Assembly (NCBI GenBank): GCA_028688415.1
Contig: JAQTYF010000001.1
Coordinates: 780,020-844,019, forward strand
Reading direction: 5' to 3'
From: Candidatus Moraniibacteriota bacterium
Lineage (GTDB): Bacteria > Patescibacteriota > Minisyncoccia > Moranbacterales > UBA1568
DNA: 64,000 nucleotides
A model generated the notes under the pieces. The model had not been told where the DNA came from. It did not search any database and worked only from the letters and a program-made list of their open reading frames with translations. The translations under genes and the position numbers were made by a program. Position 1 is the stretch's first letter, and each line of letters starts with the position of its first letter. Shown here piece after piece: positions 47,345-58,171 of the stretch.

Positions 47345-48457
47345 ATGGAAAAAAAGCAAAAGATGATCATTGCACTTTGTGCGCTCGTACTTGTTTTGGT
47401 CGGAGCGTATTTTGTTTCCAAAAACAAAATAAAACCACAACCGATAGAACTCAATAATAAAAACCAGTCTTTACCGGCTGTTTCGACAACCCCTCTCAAT
47501 GATGGAAATGTCAGTCCTCTCTCAGGTCTTTCTTGTGACAACTGGAACAAACGATCCTTTGCAGTGATGCAACCAGCCGATGTCTCTGCACGACCTCTCG
47601 CGGGTCTTTCTCAGGCAGATATGGTCATTGAAATGTCAGCAGTCTATGGCAGTATTACTCGTTTGATGGGCGTTTATGGTTGTACAATACCAGAAGAAGT
47701 CGGATCACTTCGGAGTGCTCGACATGACTTTGTTCATCTCGCAAAGAGTTTTGATTCTATTTATGTCCATTGGGGAAGAGCAGACATCGAGCAATTCAAG
47801 GAGATTCTCGGGAGCGGTATCATCGATGATATGAATTGCAACAACGATGCAGGACAGTCTGCAGGTCAGTATTGTTTCCGCAAAACAGCAATAGGAAATA
47901 TGCGTGGTGTCGACACAGGATATGCCAAGTTTGCGAGTCTTCTCGAAGGGGCGAAAAATTTTGGATACAGAATGGAAAATAAATTTCTCGGATATCCTCA
48001 TCAAGCGGAAGTGTCTCTCGAAGAGCGTCCGACGGGAGGAAATCTCCGTGTTGCCTATGCGAAACCGTTCGATGCTGAATATGATTATGACAAAACGACC
48101 AATACATTTGTTCGTACATGGGGAGGAATAGTCGATACCGATAGAAATACGGCACAGAAAATAGCTCCGAAGAACGTCGTGGTGATGATTGCTGATGCTG
48201 CTCCGATCAAAGTGGGCGAACAATATGTCAATGTGCAGATCGGTGACCCATGGTTTGATCAATCAGATTCAGGAAGCATGTTTTACTATATGAATGGAAA
48301 GCAATATCGTGGCACATGGAAGAAGGACAAGGGGAATATCGAAAGTAAACTCCTCTTCATTGATGAGTCAGGACAAGAAGTCAAATTCATTCCAGGACAG
48401 ATATGGGTAGATATTATTGATCCAGGACAGGCATTGAAGTGGCAACCAGGCCAATAA
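47345..48457 (+). CDS. hypothetical secreted/membrane-anchored protein
   Basis: N-terminal signal anchor (MIIALCALVLVLVGAYFV); 370 aa. Possibly DUF3048-like, unverified. Confidence 0.4.
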   Translation: MEKKQKMIIALCALVLVLVGAYFVSKNKIKPQPIELNNKNQSLPAVSTTPLNDGNVSPLSGLSCDNWNKRSFAVMQPADVSARPLAGLSQADMVIEMSAVYGSITRLMGVYGCTIPEEVGSLRSARHDFVHLAKSFDSIYVHWGRADIEQFKEILGSGIIDDMNCNNDAGQSAGQYCFRKTAIGNMRGVDTGYAKFASLLEGAKNFGYRMENKFLGYPHQAEVSLEERPTGGNLRVAYAKPFDAEYDYDKTTNTFVRTWGGIVDTDRNTAQKIAPKNVVVMIADAAPIKVGEQYVNVQIGDPWFDQSDSGSMFYYMNGKQYRGTWKKDKGNIESKLLFIDESGQEVKFIPGQIWVDIIDPGQALKWQPGQ

Positions 48458-48480
48458 ACAGCTAACAAGAAGCAACGAAC

Positions 48481-48508
48481 AAAAAAGCGGGCACGTGCTC
48501 GCTTTTTA
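48481..48508 (+). terminator. rho-independent terminator
   Basis: agcgggcac-gtgctcgct hairpin plus a T-run. Confidence 0.5.
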
Positions 48509-48562
48509 CTTAGCGTGTATAATGGAGTCATCGCCTGTTTTTAGTTAATTGCTATTTGCTTT

Positions 48563-49528
48563 ATGATTTTTTTTGTACACGGTGAAGACGACTTCTTGGT
48601 TAACAAGCGTCGAGGTATTTTACAAAAATCTTTTTTGGAACATTCCCCAGAAGGAGAACTTTTTGTTTTTGATTTTGAAGATCAGGGAACAATGGATGCT
48701 GTAAAAAAAAGCGTATCCTCGTGTGCTTCTGGGTTATTTTCTTCAAAAAAAATGATTGTTTTTCTTCATCCATTCCAACTCGAAGAAGGGGCAGAACATT
48801 TCTTTTTGGATTTTCTTCAGGCGTTCGTTGTGAAGAACGAAAAAGATACAACACTTCTTTTTGTCGAGCCAGGAAAAATAAAAAAAACGAATACTCTCGT
48901 AAAGTTTCTTTTGAAACATCGCGATACAGAGGAAGTTTTTACAAAGCCTGAGGCGAGAAATATGAATGAATATATCAAGACGCGACTCTCTTCTCTTGAT
49001 GCCAAGGCACAATTTTCCCGAGAAGCACTTTCTCTCTTTATTGTATTCCTCGGCAACAACACTGCCCGAATCGAAACAGAACTCGAGAAGCTTTCGACAT
49101 TCAAACCAGGGGGCATATTCGAGAAAGAAGACGTGTTGTTGTTAGTTGGGAGTATGGCTGAAAATGTCATTTTTGAGGCTCTCGATGCTCTAGCACAAGG
49201 GAATAGACAGAAGGCTCTTGTTCTTTTTCGACAAGAATTAGTGGGATCGGAAGGTGTGTATCCCCTTCTTGGTCTCTGTGCATGGCAAGTGAGACGATTC
49301 CTTTTGGTGAGAGAGTTGTACGATCGAGGGATGAGTCAGCCAGCTCTTATCGCAACACAGATAAAAGTACCACCTTTTGTTGTTCAAAAGATACTCGGTG
49401 TTGTGAAACATTTTCCGATGACACGAATCAAAAAAGGACTCATGCTTCTTTCGGATTTTGATACCGCTCTCAAACAAGGAACGCTCGATCCCTTGGTAGC
49501 TCTTGATTTGTTTGTGTGGAAATTTTGA
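48563..49528 (+). CDS. holA: DNA polymerase III delta subunit
   Basis: MIFFVHGEDDFLV N-terminus typical of HolA; 321 aa. Confidence 0.75.
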   Translation: MIFFVHGEDDFLVNKRRGILQKSFLEHSPEGELFVFDFEDQGTMDAVKKSVSSCASGLFSSKKMIVFLHPFQLEEGAEHFFLDFLQAFVVKNEKDTTLLFVEPGKIKKTNTLVKFLLKHRDTEEVFTKPEARNMNEYIKTRLSSLDAKAQFSREALSLFIVFLGNNTARIETELEKLSTFKPGGIFEKEDVLLLVGSMAENVIFEALDALAQGNRQKALVLFRQELVGSEGVYPLLGLCAWQVRRFLLVRELYDRGMSQPALIATQIKVPPFVVQKILGVVKHFPMTRIKKGLMLLSDFDTALKQGTLDPLVALDLFVWKF

Positions 49529-49533
49529 AAAAA

Positions 49534-49565
49534 GAAAAAAAGACCCAAGAGAGGGTCTTTTTTAG
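49534..49565. terminator. bidirectional terminator between holA and rpsT
   Basis: agaccc-aagagag-gggtct with A and T runs. Confidence 0.6.
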
Positions 49566-49575
49566 AGAAGAGGTA

Positions 49576-49848
49576 TTATGCCTTGACAGCAATTTTTTTT
49601 ACCAATGTATTGAGACGAGATTTCTTTCGAGCAGCAGTATTTTTCTTGATAACCTTCTTTTGAGCCGCTTTATCGAGAGCCTTGATAGCTTCTTTGAGAT
49701 TCTTTTGTGCGACATCGAGCGTACCAGCCGTGACTGCTTCACGAGTTTTTTTGATAGCACTTTTTACGACACCATTCACTATTTTGTTGCGAACCGTTTT
49801 TTTCTCGGTAACGCGCATATACTTTTTGGCTGATTTCTTGATCGGCAT
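49576..49848 (-). CDS. rpsT: 30S ribosomal protein S20
   Basis: MPIKKSAKKYMRVTEKKTVRN. Confidence 0.85.
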   Translation of the reverse strand: MPIKKSAKKYMRVTEKKTVRNKIVNGVVKSAIKKTREAVTAGTLDVAQKNLKEAIKALDKAAQKKVIKKNTAARKKSRLNTLVKKIAVKA

Positions 49849-50037
49849 AATATTTGATCGATTGGTAACAATCGTTTATATGGGTTATTTCTCACGCACA
49901 CAGTACAATGAAGATGTATCCTTTTTAACACGCTTTTGTTCTTTTGGCAAGCCGTCTCTCTTATGAAGAGAAAAGGGGAATATGCTACAATACACCAATA
50001 AGAGAGAAAAGGTTTTCCAATATGTTTTATTTACACT

Positions 50038-50658
50038 GTGCGTATGATTGCTCAAATCGAAGGAAAAATCGTCGGTATCAAAGGAAATGCGGTTATTGTG
50101 AGGGTGGGTGGTCTTGGCTACTTGGTTTCTGTTTCTGCTTATACGCTTGGTAAGGTGGCTGGAAAGGAAGAAGAAATACTTTTTTATATCCATACGCATG
50201 TGAGAGAAGACCAACTTGCTTTGTATGGATTTCTTCAGGAAGAAGAGTTGATTATGTTTGAACTGCTTATTTCTATTTCTGGCATTGGTCCCAAGGTCGC
50301 ACTTTCTATACTTTCCATAGCAGATGTCAATACTATCTGTACAGCGATTGTCAACAAGGATCCGAGTATTCTCACGCGCGTGTCAGGTGTGGGAAAAAAG
50401 ACAGCTGAGCGCGTCATTATAGAATTACAAAATAAAGTAGACGGTCTTGGCGGAAGCGATCACACAGGAACACTGATTGATCAGGATGCTATGGAGGCTC
50501 TTGTATCACTTGGATATTCTGTCGCAGAGGCACGTGAAGCTCTCAAGCTCGTTTCTTCTGACGTGAAAGATGTGAGTGACCGTATTCGTCAGGCACTCAA
50601 AAATCTTGGAAAAGATTCGTCTGATAAGAATCAGAAAAGTAATCGTGTAAAAAAATAA
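50038..50658 (+). CDS. ruvA: Holliday junction DNA helicase RuvA
   Basis: MIAQIEGKIV...VGGLGYLV OB domain; HhH motifs (ISGIGPKVA, VSGVGKKTAERV). Confidence 0.85.
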   Translation: MRMIAQIEGKIVGIKGNAVIVRVGGLGYLVSVSAYTLGKVAGKEEEILFYIHTHVREDQLALYGFLQEEELIMFELLISISGIGPKVALSILSIADVNTICTAIVNKDPSILTRVSGVGKKTAERVIIELQNKVDGLGGSDHTGTLIDQDAMEALVSLGYSVAEAREALKLVSSDVKDVSDRIRQALKNLGKDSSDKNQKSNRVKK

Positions 50659-50663
50659 ATCAA

Positions 50664-51692
50664 ATGCACGAATTTCTTCAATCAAAGTATTGGTCAATAT
50701 TTCAGCAGTCTACGGGAAAAGAAGTGCTTGATGGCTCTACAAAGGACCTCCTTGTTTGCGGTATTTTTCATGTCCTTCCATGGGGAGGAAAATACCTCTA
50801 TATACCGAGAGGACCAATAGCAACCAATGGCCAACAATTATCAAAAGAAGGTGTTCAGAAACTTATTGAAGAAGCAATCAAGAGAAAAGCAAGATGGATA
50901 CGTATCGAACCAGAGAACGAAGAATCTCTCCAAAATATCAAAAATGTTTTTGAAGGAAAAATAGTCCGAGCACCCCATGATGTACAGCCCAGGGAATTGT
51001 TGATTATGGATATCACCCCCGATGAAGAGGCTCTGTTATCAAATATGAAATCAAAGACAAGGTATAATATCCGTCTTGCAGAGAAACGTGGAGTAAAGGT
51101 GTTTCTGACTCGCGAAGAAAAATATGTGCACGCATTTTACAATCTCGTTTCAGCAACATCCGATCGCAAATCTATCAACTCTCATCCAAAGGAATATTAC
51201 GAGAAATTTTTTGAAGCGTTTCCTCCAGAGATCTGTCAACTCTTTGTTGCGGAATATAATGGAGAAGTACTTGTTGCCAATATCCTCATTCTCTTTGAGG
51301 GGAGAGCGCTGTATTTGCACGGCGGATCAAGTGACGCGTATCGAGATGTGATGGCTCCGTTTCTCTTACAATGGAAACAGATATGCTTCGCCAAAGATCA
51401 AGGATGTACAGAGTATGATTTTGGAGGGATACACACAGAAGATAAGGGACAAGGGATGCGCGATAAGAGAGAAGAAAAGATGGAAAACAAAAGATCACTC
51501 ATCAATTATCACTCATCAATTATCACTCATCCGTGGGAAGGAATTACAAGATTTAAAAAAGGCTTTGCTCCCAATACACTACCGACAGTGTACCCTGGAA
51601 CATTTGATATTATTCTTGATTCTCGAGTATACTTCTTATACAGAACCCTCCGTACTTTCAAGAATTTTATCCATCTTTTGTTATCCAAATAA
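50664..51692 (+). CDS. FemAB-family peptidyltransferase (peptidoglycan interpeptide bridge formation)
   Basis: FemAB-like fold signature (TRYNIRLAEKRGVKV; LHGGSSD); adjacent Mur ligase. Carries a low-complexity insert with a 14-bp tandem repeat at 51488-51525. Confidence 0.55.
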   Translation: MHEFLQSKYWSIFQQSTGKEVLDGSTKDLLVCGIFHVLPWGGKYLYIPRGPIATNGQQLSKEGVQKLIEEAIKRKARWIRIEPENEESLQNIKNVFEGKIVRAPHDVQPRELLIMDITPDEEALLSNMKSKTRYNIRLAEKRGVKVFLTREEKYVHAFYNLVSATSDRKSINSHPKEYYEKFFEAFPPEICQLFVAEYNGEVLVANILILFEGRALYLHGGSSDAYRDVMAPFLLQWKQICFAKDQGCTEYDFGGIHTEDKGQGMRDKREEKMENKRSLINYHSSIITHPWEGITRFKKGFAPNTLPTVYPGTFDIILDSRVYFLYRTLRTFKNFIHLLLSK

Positions 51693-52946
51693 ATGAAACG
51701 CTTTCTTTCAACTGTTATTCCACAAAGCATAAAGAATTTGTATCACCTGATGCAGGCGATGAGCGCCTGTTTGTATTACGGTTTTCCTGGAAGAAAGATA
51801 CAAATCATTGGCGTGACAGGAACAAATGGAAAGACAACAACGACACAACTCATCGCACGTATCCTCGAACAGTCAGGAAGAAAAGTTGCTGTTGCCTCAA
51901 CTATCAACTTTCAGATAGGGGAGAAAAAATGGGTGAATAGTTCCAAGTTTACTACCCTTTCCGCCTGGAAGCTCCAAAAATTTCTCAGGGAAGCCGTGGA
52001 TATATCGTGTGAATATGCTGTTATCGAGACATCATCGCATGCTCTTGATCAGAACAGGGTATGGGGCGTACCCTACGCGCTTGCTGTGATGACCAATGTG
52101 ACTCGCGAACATCTCGATTATCACAAAACAATGGCAGAATACCGCAAGGCAAAAAAACAACTTTTTCGTATTGCTAAACGTGCCGTGGTGAATCTTGACA
52201 TGGATGAACCGGAGTATTTTTCTACCAAAGAGAAGAATCAAACCCTTTTCTATAGTACGAAAGATCGTAATGCACATCTCTTTGCTGAACGCATAGAACT
52301 TGATTTCGATAACACCGAGTTCGTTTGCGATGATGTGCATTTCCGTATTCATTTGCCAGGACTCTTTAATGTCGAAAACGCATTGGCTGCTCTCGGCGTC
52401 GCACGACTCCTCGATATCGATTTTTCGATTGCCAAAGAAGCTCTTGCACATGTTCAGGTGATTCCAGGAAGGATGGAACTTGTCAAAAATACTTTTGGGA
52501 TTGATATTATTATCGACTATGCGGTTACTCCTGATTCTTTTGAAAAGTTGTATGAGTCCGTACTTCCTCTCCAAATACCTGGTACAAAAATTATTCACGT
52601 TTTTGGCGCTTGTGGTGATCGTGATCGAGGCAAGCGTCCGATAATGGGAGAGATCGCAACGAGCAATGCTGATATTATTATTCTTACCAATGAAGATCCT
52701 TTTTCTGAAGACCCGGAACAGATTCTCGATGATATCGAAAAAGGAATAATAAAGAAAAAAGAGAAAAACTATTTTCGTATTTTTGATCGCAGGGAAGCTA
52801 TCAAAAAATCCCTTTCTTTGGCCGAGATCGGTGATATTGTACTCATTACGGGCAAGGGTGCCGAAGAGACAATGGCGATTGGTGAAGAACGTATTGTTTG
52901 GAATGAGCGACAGGCAATAGAAGAAGAGTTAAAAAAACGAATCTGA
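51693..52946 (+). CDS. murE: Mur ligase (MurE-like UDP-MurNAc-tripeptide synthetase)
   Basis: IGVTGTNGKTTTT P-loop; Mur ligase middle and C-terminal domains (DYAHNP-like DYAVTPDS). Confidence 0.65.
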   Translation: MKRFLSTVIPQSIKNLYHLMQAMSACLYYGFPGRKIQIIGVTGTNGKTTTTQLIARILEQSGRKVAVASTINFQIGEKKWVNSSKFTTLSAWKLQKFLREAVDISCEYAVIETSSHALDQNRVWGVPYALAVMTNVTREHLDYHKTMAEYRKAKKQLFRIAKRAVVNLDMDEPEYFSTKEKNQTLFYSTKDRNAHLFAERIELDFDNTEFVCDDVHFRIHLPGLFNVENALAALGVARLLDIDFSIAKEALAHVQVIPGRMELVKNTFGIDIIIDYAVTPDSFEKLYESVLPLQIPGTKIIHVFGACGDRDRGKRPIMGEIATSNADIIILTNEDPFSEDPEQILDDIEKGIIKKKEKNYFRIFDRREAIKKSLSLAEIGDIVLITGKGAEETMAIGEERIVWNERQAIEEELKKRI

Positions 52947-52974
52947 ACATTCTGTCTTTATTGAAACGTATATC

Positions 52975-53005
52975 AAAAAACTCCTGACAAAAGCCAGGAG
53001 TTTTT
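52975..53005. terminator. bidirectional hairpin terminator
   Basis: aaaaaactcctg-acaaaagc-caggagttttt. Confidence 0.6.
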
Positions 53006-53021
53006 CTTTTTCTTGTGGGTA

Positions 53022-53462
53022 TTAGAAGAGCGAGATGAAAAAGAGAGTGAGAAAGAATCCTATGAAAGCTCCACCAAGTATTTCGCTGACACGATGACCA
53101 ACGCGTTCTTTGAGACGAGGGAATTTACTTTCATCGATTTCTCCTTTGAGTTGATCAATGAGCATATTGAGATAGCGACCCTGATCACCGAGATACATAC
53201 GAATACGGGCTGCATCATCGATGACAATAAATGAGAGTACGGCAGAGAGTGCAAAGGCGGCTGAATTGATACCTTCGTAGTGTGCCATCGTTACGAGAAG
53301 CGATATTACGAGACTCGTATGAGCGCTCGGCATATGACCGTGTGTAAACGCATACTCTATGTTCCAACCATGTTTGATGGTGTAGAGAATAAACTTTATG
53401 GCTTGTGTAATGATGCCGACTGTGATCGGAATAAGAAATACGAGATAGGTAGTAGCTTCCAT
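53022..53462 (-). CDS. divergent PAP2-family membrane protein
   Basis: HGHMPSAHTSL motif; 146 aa, 4 TM helices. Confidence 0.55.
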   Translation of the reverse strand: MEATTYLVFLIPITVGIITQAIKFILYTIKHGWNIEYAFTHGHMPSAHTSLVISLLVTMAHYEGINSAAFALSAVLSFIVIDDAARIRMYLGDQGRYLNMLIDQLKGEIDESKFPRLKERVGHRVSEILGGAFIGFFLTLFFISLF

Positions 53463-53563
53463 AAATAAAGTATAAATAATTTATTATAAAGGAGAGGAGA
53501 TATTCCTTTTTTAGTATAGTACAGAAGTATTCTTTTTACGAGAGAGTATTGCGAAGCATTTCT

Positions 53564-54106
53564 TTATTGTACTTTTTCTACCGTTTCGATATCGTCGACG
53601 AGGAGAGTAATAGATGGATGAAATGAAGGAATTTTTCCTCTATTACTACGAGCAGTATGTTCTATTACCCGAAGTTCTGTCCCGGAGACACGAATCAGAG
53701 TGTCATTTTTTTTCTTTGATTCTTTGTAGATGGTTGATATTTTTTTGACTACATCAGCATTTTTTCCGATAAGCTGAAGACTGATGATAGATTCTTTCGC
53801 CTTTTCTGCACTCTCATTGGAACATCTTCGGAAATCCCCATATTTTTTATTGAGCTCGTCTACGGTCCCCATCGAGAGTGCGGGAAGTTCTGCATGATAA
53901 TAATCATTTTCAGGGAGCCCTTCACCAACGAGCAGATAGACGGATTGCCGAGAAGTACCTGATTGTTTGAGTGTTGTCAGGGCTTGAGGAGTTTTGACAA
54001 ACACGGTATCGTTTTCAAAAGTATATTTTCTTTGAGAAGCAAAAAAGACAAAAACGAGTGCTCCTATCATAAAAAGAATAATAAAGGAGAATTCGTATCG
54101 TTTCAT
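53564..54106 (-). CDS. hypothetical membrane-anchored protein
   Basis: N-terminal TM helix; no recognisable motif. Confidence 0.35.
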   Translation of the reverse strand: MKRYEFSFIILFMIGALVFVFFASQRKYTFENDTVFVKTPQALTTLKQSGTSRQSVYLLVGEGLPENDYYHAELPALSMGTVDELNKKYGDFRRCSNESAEKAKESIISLQLIGKNADVVKKISTIYKESKKKNDTLIRVSGTELRVIEHTARSNRGKIPSFHPSITLLVDDIETVEKVQ

Positions 54107-54235
54107 AGAGAGTATTCTATAAATATTTATACTACATCCCTTCTATTATATCATAGATGAAGAGGAGAATATTGTCCTTTTTCTCAAATATGCTATACTT
54201 ATAAGACAAAATGTAATTTATTTTGATAAAAAACT

Positions 54236-54787
54236 ATGAATGCAACCCTTATTATTCTCATTGTTATTGTTTTGTTCGTACTGTACATTGTCGCGATATA
54301 CAACGGACTTGTTCAGCTTCGCAATCGCGTGAGTGAAGCGTGGAGTGATATCGATGTGCAACTCAAACGTCGTTATGACCTCATCCCAAACCTGATCAGT
54401 ACCGTAAAGGGATATGCTTCACATGAATCCAGTGTCTTTGAGAAAGTGACCGAGGCCCGAGCGAACGCAATGCAAGCCGGAACCCCTGGAGAAAAAGCAG
54501 AAGCAGAAAACATGCTTTCTGGGACACTGAAATCATTGTTTGCGGTCTCAGAAGCGTATCCAGACCTCAAGGCCAATACGAACTTCCTCGAATTGCAACG
54601 CGAGCTCTCTGATACAGAGAATAAAATTCAGGCCTCTCGTCGATTCTATAACGGCAATGTTCTCGAACTCAACAACAAGATCGATATGTTTCCGAGCAAT
54701 ATCATCGCGAGTATGTTTGCCTTTACCAAGCGTGAATTCTTTGAAATAGCCGAAGCAGAAAAAGAACCAGTCAAAGTGGTTTTCTAG
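54236..54787 (+). CDS. lemA: LemA family protein
   Basis: N-terminal TM helix plus [28 protein letters not shown]. Confidence 0.8.
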   Translation: MNATLIILIVIVLFVLYIVAIYNGLVQLRNRVSEAWSDIDVQLKRRYDLIPNLISTVKGYASHESSVFEKVTEARANAMQAGTPGEKAEAENMLSGTLKSLFAVSEAYPDLKANTNFLELQRELSDTENKIQASRRFYNGNVLELNNKIDMFPSNIIASMFAFTKREFFEIAEAEKEPVKVVF

Positions 54788-54906
54788 ATTCGTCTCAAAA
54801 AAGAATTTTCGAAAGCGGGCCTATTGGTCCGCTTTTCTCTTTCTTCTTTTTACGGTAGAATAGAGAGACAATAAAAGCTTTTCCTCAAGAATTAACACAT
54901 ACTTCT

Positions 54907-55800
54907 ATGGCAACACTCTACAATCAATATGACAAGAATATTCGTCTGACATGGGTATATATCACAATGTTTCTTCTGTTCGTTATCGGTGTCGGGTATG
55001 TATTCGCAGGGGCGATGCAGTCGAGTATGGTGCTCTATATCGCGGTTGCTTTTTCGACCATCACGAGTTTCATATCGTACTGGTGGAGTGACAAAATTGT
55101 GCTTTCGATGAGCGGAGCCAAAGAGCTCACTTTTGCAGAAAACAAAGAAATTTATCGTCTCGTAGAAAATCTCACTATCACTGCTGGTCTGCCCTTGCCA
55201 AAAATCTATACCATCGAAGATACAGCGATGAATGCTTTTGCGACGGGTCGTGATCCGAAGCATGGAGTGATTTGTCTCACAACAGGGATTATTGCTCGAT
55301 TGGAGAAAAATGAGCTCGAAGGTGTGATTGCTCACGAACTCTCGCACATCGGCAATCGCGATACACTTCTCTCGACGGTCGTAGTGATTCTCGTCGGGTT
55401 TGTAGCACTCCTCGCAGACTGGTTCCGACATTGGGCCTGGTTCGGAGGGAATCGTGATAGTGACAGCAAAAATCAGCTCCAAGTCATTCTTATGATTGCT
55501 GCCATCATCCTGTCGATTCTCGCGCCGCTTTTTGCGATGCTCATACAACTTGCTATTTCACGCAAGCGTGAGTTTTTGGCGGATGCTTCTGGAGCTCTGC
55601 TCACACGTTATCCTGAGGGACTGGCGAGTGCGCTCGAGAAGATTTCTACCGATACTGAGCCACTCGAAGCAGCCAATAGAGCGACAGCACACCTCTACAT
55701 TGCCAATCCTTTTAAGGGGAAAAATCTGACCAAGCTTTTTATGACGCACCCTCCGATGGAGGAACGAGTCGCCGCACTTCGAGGGATGGAGGTTAAGTAA
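54907..55800 (+). CDS. htpX: M48 zinc metalloprotease HtpX
   Basis: HELSHIGNRD zinc motif; 4 TM helices; follows lemA. Confidence 0.85.
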   Translation: MATLYNQYDKNIRLTWVYITMFLLFVIGVGYVFAGAMQSSMVLYIAVAFSTITSFISYWWSDKIVLSMSGAKELTFAENKEIYRLVENLTITAGLPLPKIYTIEDTAMNAFATGRDPKHGVICLTTGIIARLEKNELEGVIAHELSHIGNRDTLLSTVVVILVGFVALLADWFRHWAWFGGNRDSDSKNQLQVILMIAAIILSILAPLFAMLIQLAISRKREFLADASGALLTRYPEGLASALEKISTDTEPLEAANRATAHLYIANPFKGKNLTKLFMTHPPMEERVAALRGMEVK

Positions 55801-55908
55801 AATTTCTAATTACCAATTTCTAATTTCTAAACAATTTTCAATTATTTAATTTTAGAATTAAAAAATTATTTCATTGTTTGAAAATTGAAAATTAAGAATT
55901 GAAAATTT
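55801..55908. repeat. AT-rich intergenic repeat element, copy 2
   Basis: aatttctaa repeats; atttctaaacaat, attttagaatt and ttgaaaatt blocks; internal inverted symmetry (ttttcaatt ... aattgaaaa). Confidence 0.4.
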
Positions 55909-56358
55909 ATGGGGTCTCCTTATCAAGACTTTGTACAAAAAGCCAAGGCACGCTTTGCAGAAAAAAAGCAGGCTCAGCTCTCAAATAAAGCTGAGTATCA
56001 ATTCACGGCACACTCGCAGTTCAAGATGACGCAGTATGGACTGAGTGAGCAGAAGATAAAAAGTGTCATCAGGAATCCGAAACGGCGAGAAGTCGGTATC
56101 GTGCCCAAAACAGTCGCGGTAATGCAACCTGTATCGCTCAAGAAAGTAGATGGCAAAGAGACATGGAAACAAGAAATTTGGGTGATGTTTGTCATCAAGA
56201 AAACATCCGAAGCAACAAAAGCATTGGGACGACAAAACATTCGCATTATCAGTGCCTGGAGATATCCAGGAATAAGTCCGAAACGCAATCCTATTCCGCT
56301 TGAAATTTTGCGTGAAATCGAATCAGGGGAAATTTTTGAAGAAACAGATCTGTTCTAA
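55909..56358 (+). CDS. hypothetical protein
   Basis: 149-aa ORF, no recognisable motif. Confidence 0.35.
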   Translation: MGSPYQDFVQKAKARFAEKKQAQLSNKAEYQFTAHSQFKMTQYGLSEQKIKSVIRNPKRREVGIVPKTVAVMQPVSLKKVDGKETWKQEIWVMFVIKKTSEATKALGRQNIRIISAWRYPGISPKRNPIPLEILREIESGEIFEETDLF

Positions 56359-56427
56359 CAAGGGGACAGATTTTTTATTTTCTCAGAAAAGAGTATACTG
56401 AAATCATAATTATTATTCACATGAAAT

Positions 56428-58170
56428 ATGTCGTGGATCTTAAGTATCGTGGCGATCATTATGGTGCTGAGTTTGCGTGGACGAGTGCAGTATCTCGAGA
56501 AGACAGTGAAGCAATTGACAGAGGGCGCGGTAATAAAAGAGACCGTTTCTCAAACGTCTGAGACCACAAACGCTCCTGTTTTTTCACAATCCGTTTCAGG
56601 TAATGAAACAGTAGAGCAGACTACAGAGATTGACTCATCTTCTCCATCACGACAAGCTGTTTCTGTTGATCCTTTGACACGCTTCTTTCGATGGTTTGCA
56701 GTGGATTGGCTGATGAAGATAGGAGCTATCCTACTCTTTCTCGGTATCGGTTGGATTGTTACGGTTGTATTTTGGGATGCGATCGGAGAAGTCGGACAAG
56801 TGTCTCTCGGTCTCTTCCTTGGTATAGCTATTCTCTTTTTTGGAATGAAACGTATCGGACAATACAGCAGTCAGGGGAGTGTGCTTCTCGGACTCGGTGC
56901 TGGCGTGACCTTTTTCACTCTTTTTGCGGCTCGTACAACATACGATATGTTCTCACCTGCGAGCGTCCTTATTTTTATGTTCTTTGTCGCTGTTTTTGTA
57001 GCATACGTGAGCGTGACATACAAGAATTTTCCCGTGGCACTTATGGGATTATTTCTCGGAGGCATCGCACCACTTCTGACGGCCTCTGCTGTACCGAGTG
57101 TTTTTGGACTTTTCTCATATTTGTTTGTCCTGTGTCTCGGGACACTTTGGGTGGTCCGTCTGACGGGCTGGAGAAATCTGACAGTAACTGCCATTATCCT
57201 CTATGGATTGTATACACTCCCTTTCCTTTTTTCTTTCTCTTTTGCCGTGCCAGATCAAGGGACGAAAGTTCTCTTTGCTATTCTTTTTGCATCACTTTTC
57301 TTTGTCGCAAGCATTCTCTCTGTGTTGTATGACAAGAAGGCAGAAATGGCAGATCTGGTCGTAAGCCTCATCAATGGACTGATTCTTCTTGGATGGATTG
57401 TCAGTGTTGTATCGCCTGAGTTGCGAAGTATTGCTGCCGTGTTAGTGGCTATTGTTTCTTCGGTTGGTGCTTTCGCAGTGTATTCGTTGTCTTCTCTCCG
57501 TGAACCTGTATATACACATGCTCTCGTCGCAGGAGTGTTTATCGGTATGGCGACGGCTTTTGAGCTCCACGGTGCGCTTCTGACCATCGCTTACATTTTG
57601 GAGGCAACAGCCTTGGTGCTTGGCGCGCGATTTATTCTGCAGGAGAGTAGGGCGGTACGTCGTAGTTCTGTCGTGCTTCTGCTTCCGGCGATGCTCTCTT
57701 TTACCAGTCTCGTACGATATTCGATGGCGCATGAATTTCTAACTGCTGATTTCTTTGTTCTCCTCCTTATGACTCTTATGTTTTTTCTTTTGGCACCGAT
57801 TTTTCTCGAGGACGAACAATCATCAGAAACTTCTCACGCAGGAATAGGTACAATATCTCTCGTTGTCGGTTCTCTGTATGCTCTCGTCTTGGTATGGCTT
57901 GTCCTTCATAACATTCTTTCATCGGATCAGGCAACAACTATTGCACTTCTCCTTTATACGATCATAGGAATGGTTCTTTATGTCAATGGGAAAATGTCTG
58001 CCAAGAACAATCAGAAAGTTTCTGGTACAGCACTCCTTATTTTTGTGGTCGGACATCTTCTCTTGATTGATGTGTGGGGAATGGACGTCGTGGGTCGGAT
58101 CGTGACGTTCTCACTCGTGGGAGTGTTGCTTATGAGCACTGCTTTTATCGGTAAGAAAAGAATAGAATAA
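56428..58170 (+). CDS. large polytopic membrane protein (DUF2339-like?)
   Basis: 580 aa; N-terminal helix plus a Thr/Ser-rich linker, then more than 12 TM helices. Confidence 0.45.
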   Translation: MSWILSIVAIIMVLSLRGRVQYLEKTVKQLTEGAVIKETVSQTSETTNAPVFSQSVSGNETVEQTTEIDSSSPSRQAVSVDPLTRFFRWFAVDWLMKIGAILLFLGIGWIVTVVFWDAIGEVGQVSLGLFLGIAILFFGMKRIGQYSSQGSVLLGLGAGVTFFTLFAARTTYDMFSPASVLIFMFFVAVFVAYVSVTYKNFPVALMGLFLGGIAPLLTASAVPSVFGLFSYLFVLCLGTLWVVRLTGWRNLTVTAIILYGLYTLPFLFSFSFAVPDQGTKVLFAILFASLFFVASILSVLYDKKAEMADLVVSLINGLILLGWIVSVVSPELRSIAAVLVAIVSSVGAFAVYSLSSLREPVYTHALVAGVFIGMATAFELHGALLTIAYILEATALVLGARFILQESRAVRRSSVVLLLPAMLSFTSLVRYSMAHEFLTADFFVLLLMTLMFFLLAPIFLEDEQSSETSHAGIGTISLVVGSLYALVLVWLVLHNILSSDQATTIALLLYTIIGMVLYVNGKMSAKNNQKVSGTALLIFVVGHLLLIDVWGMDVVGRIVTFSLVGVLLMSTAFIGKKRIE

Positions 58171-58171
58171 T

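Noticed and set aside
51488-51525. 14-bp tandem repeat (atcactcatcaatt x2) inside the femAB-like gene
   Set aside because: It is in-frame and short, most likely slippage within a low-complexity loop, and not evidence of a mobile element.
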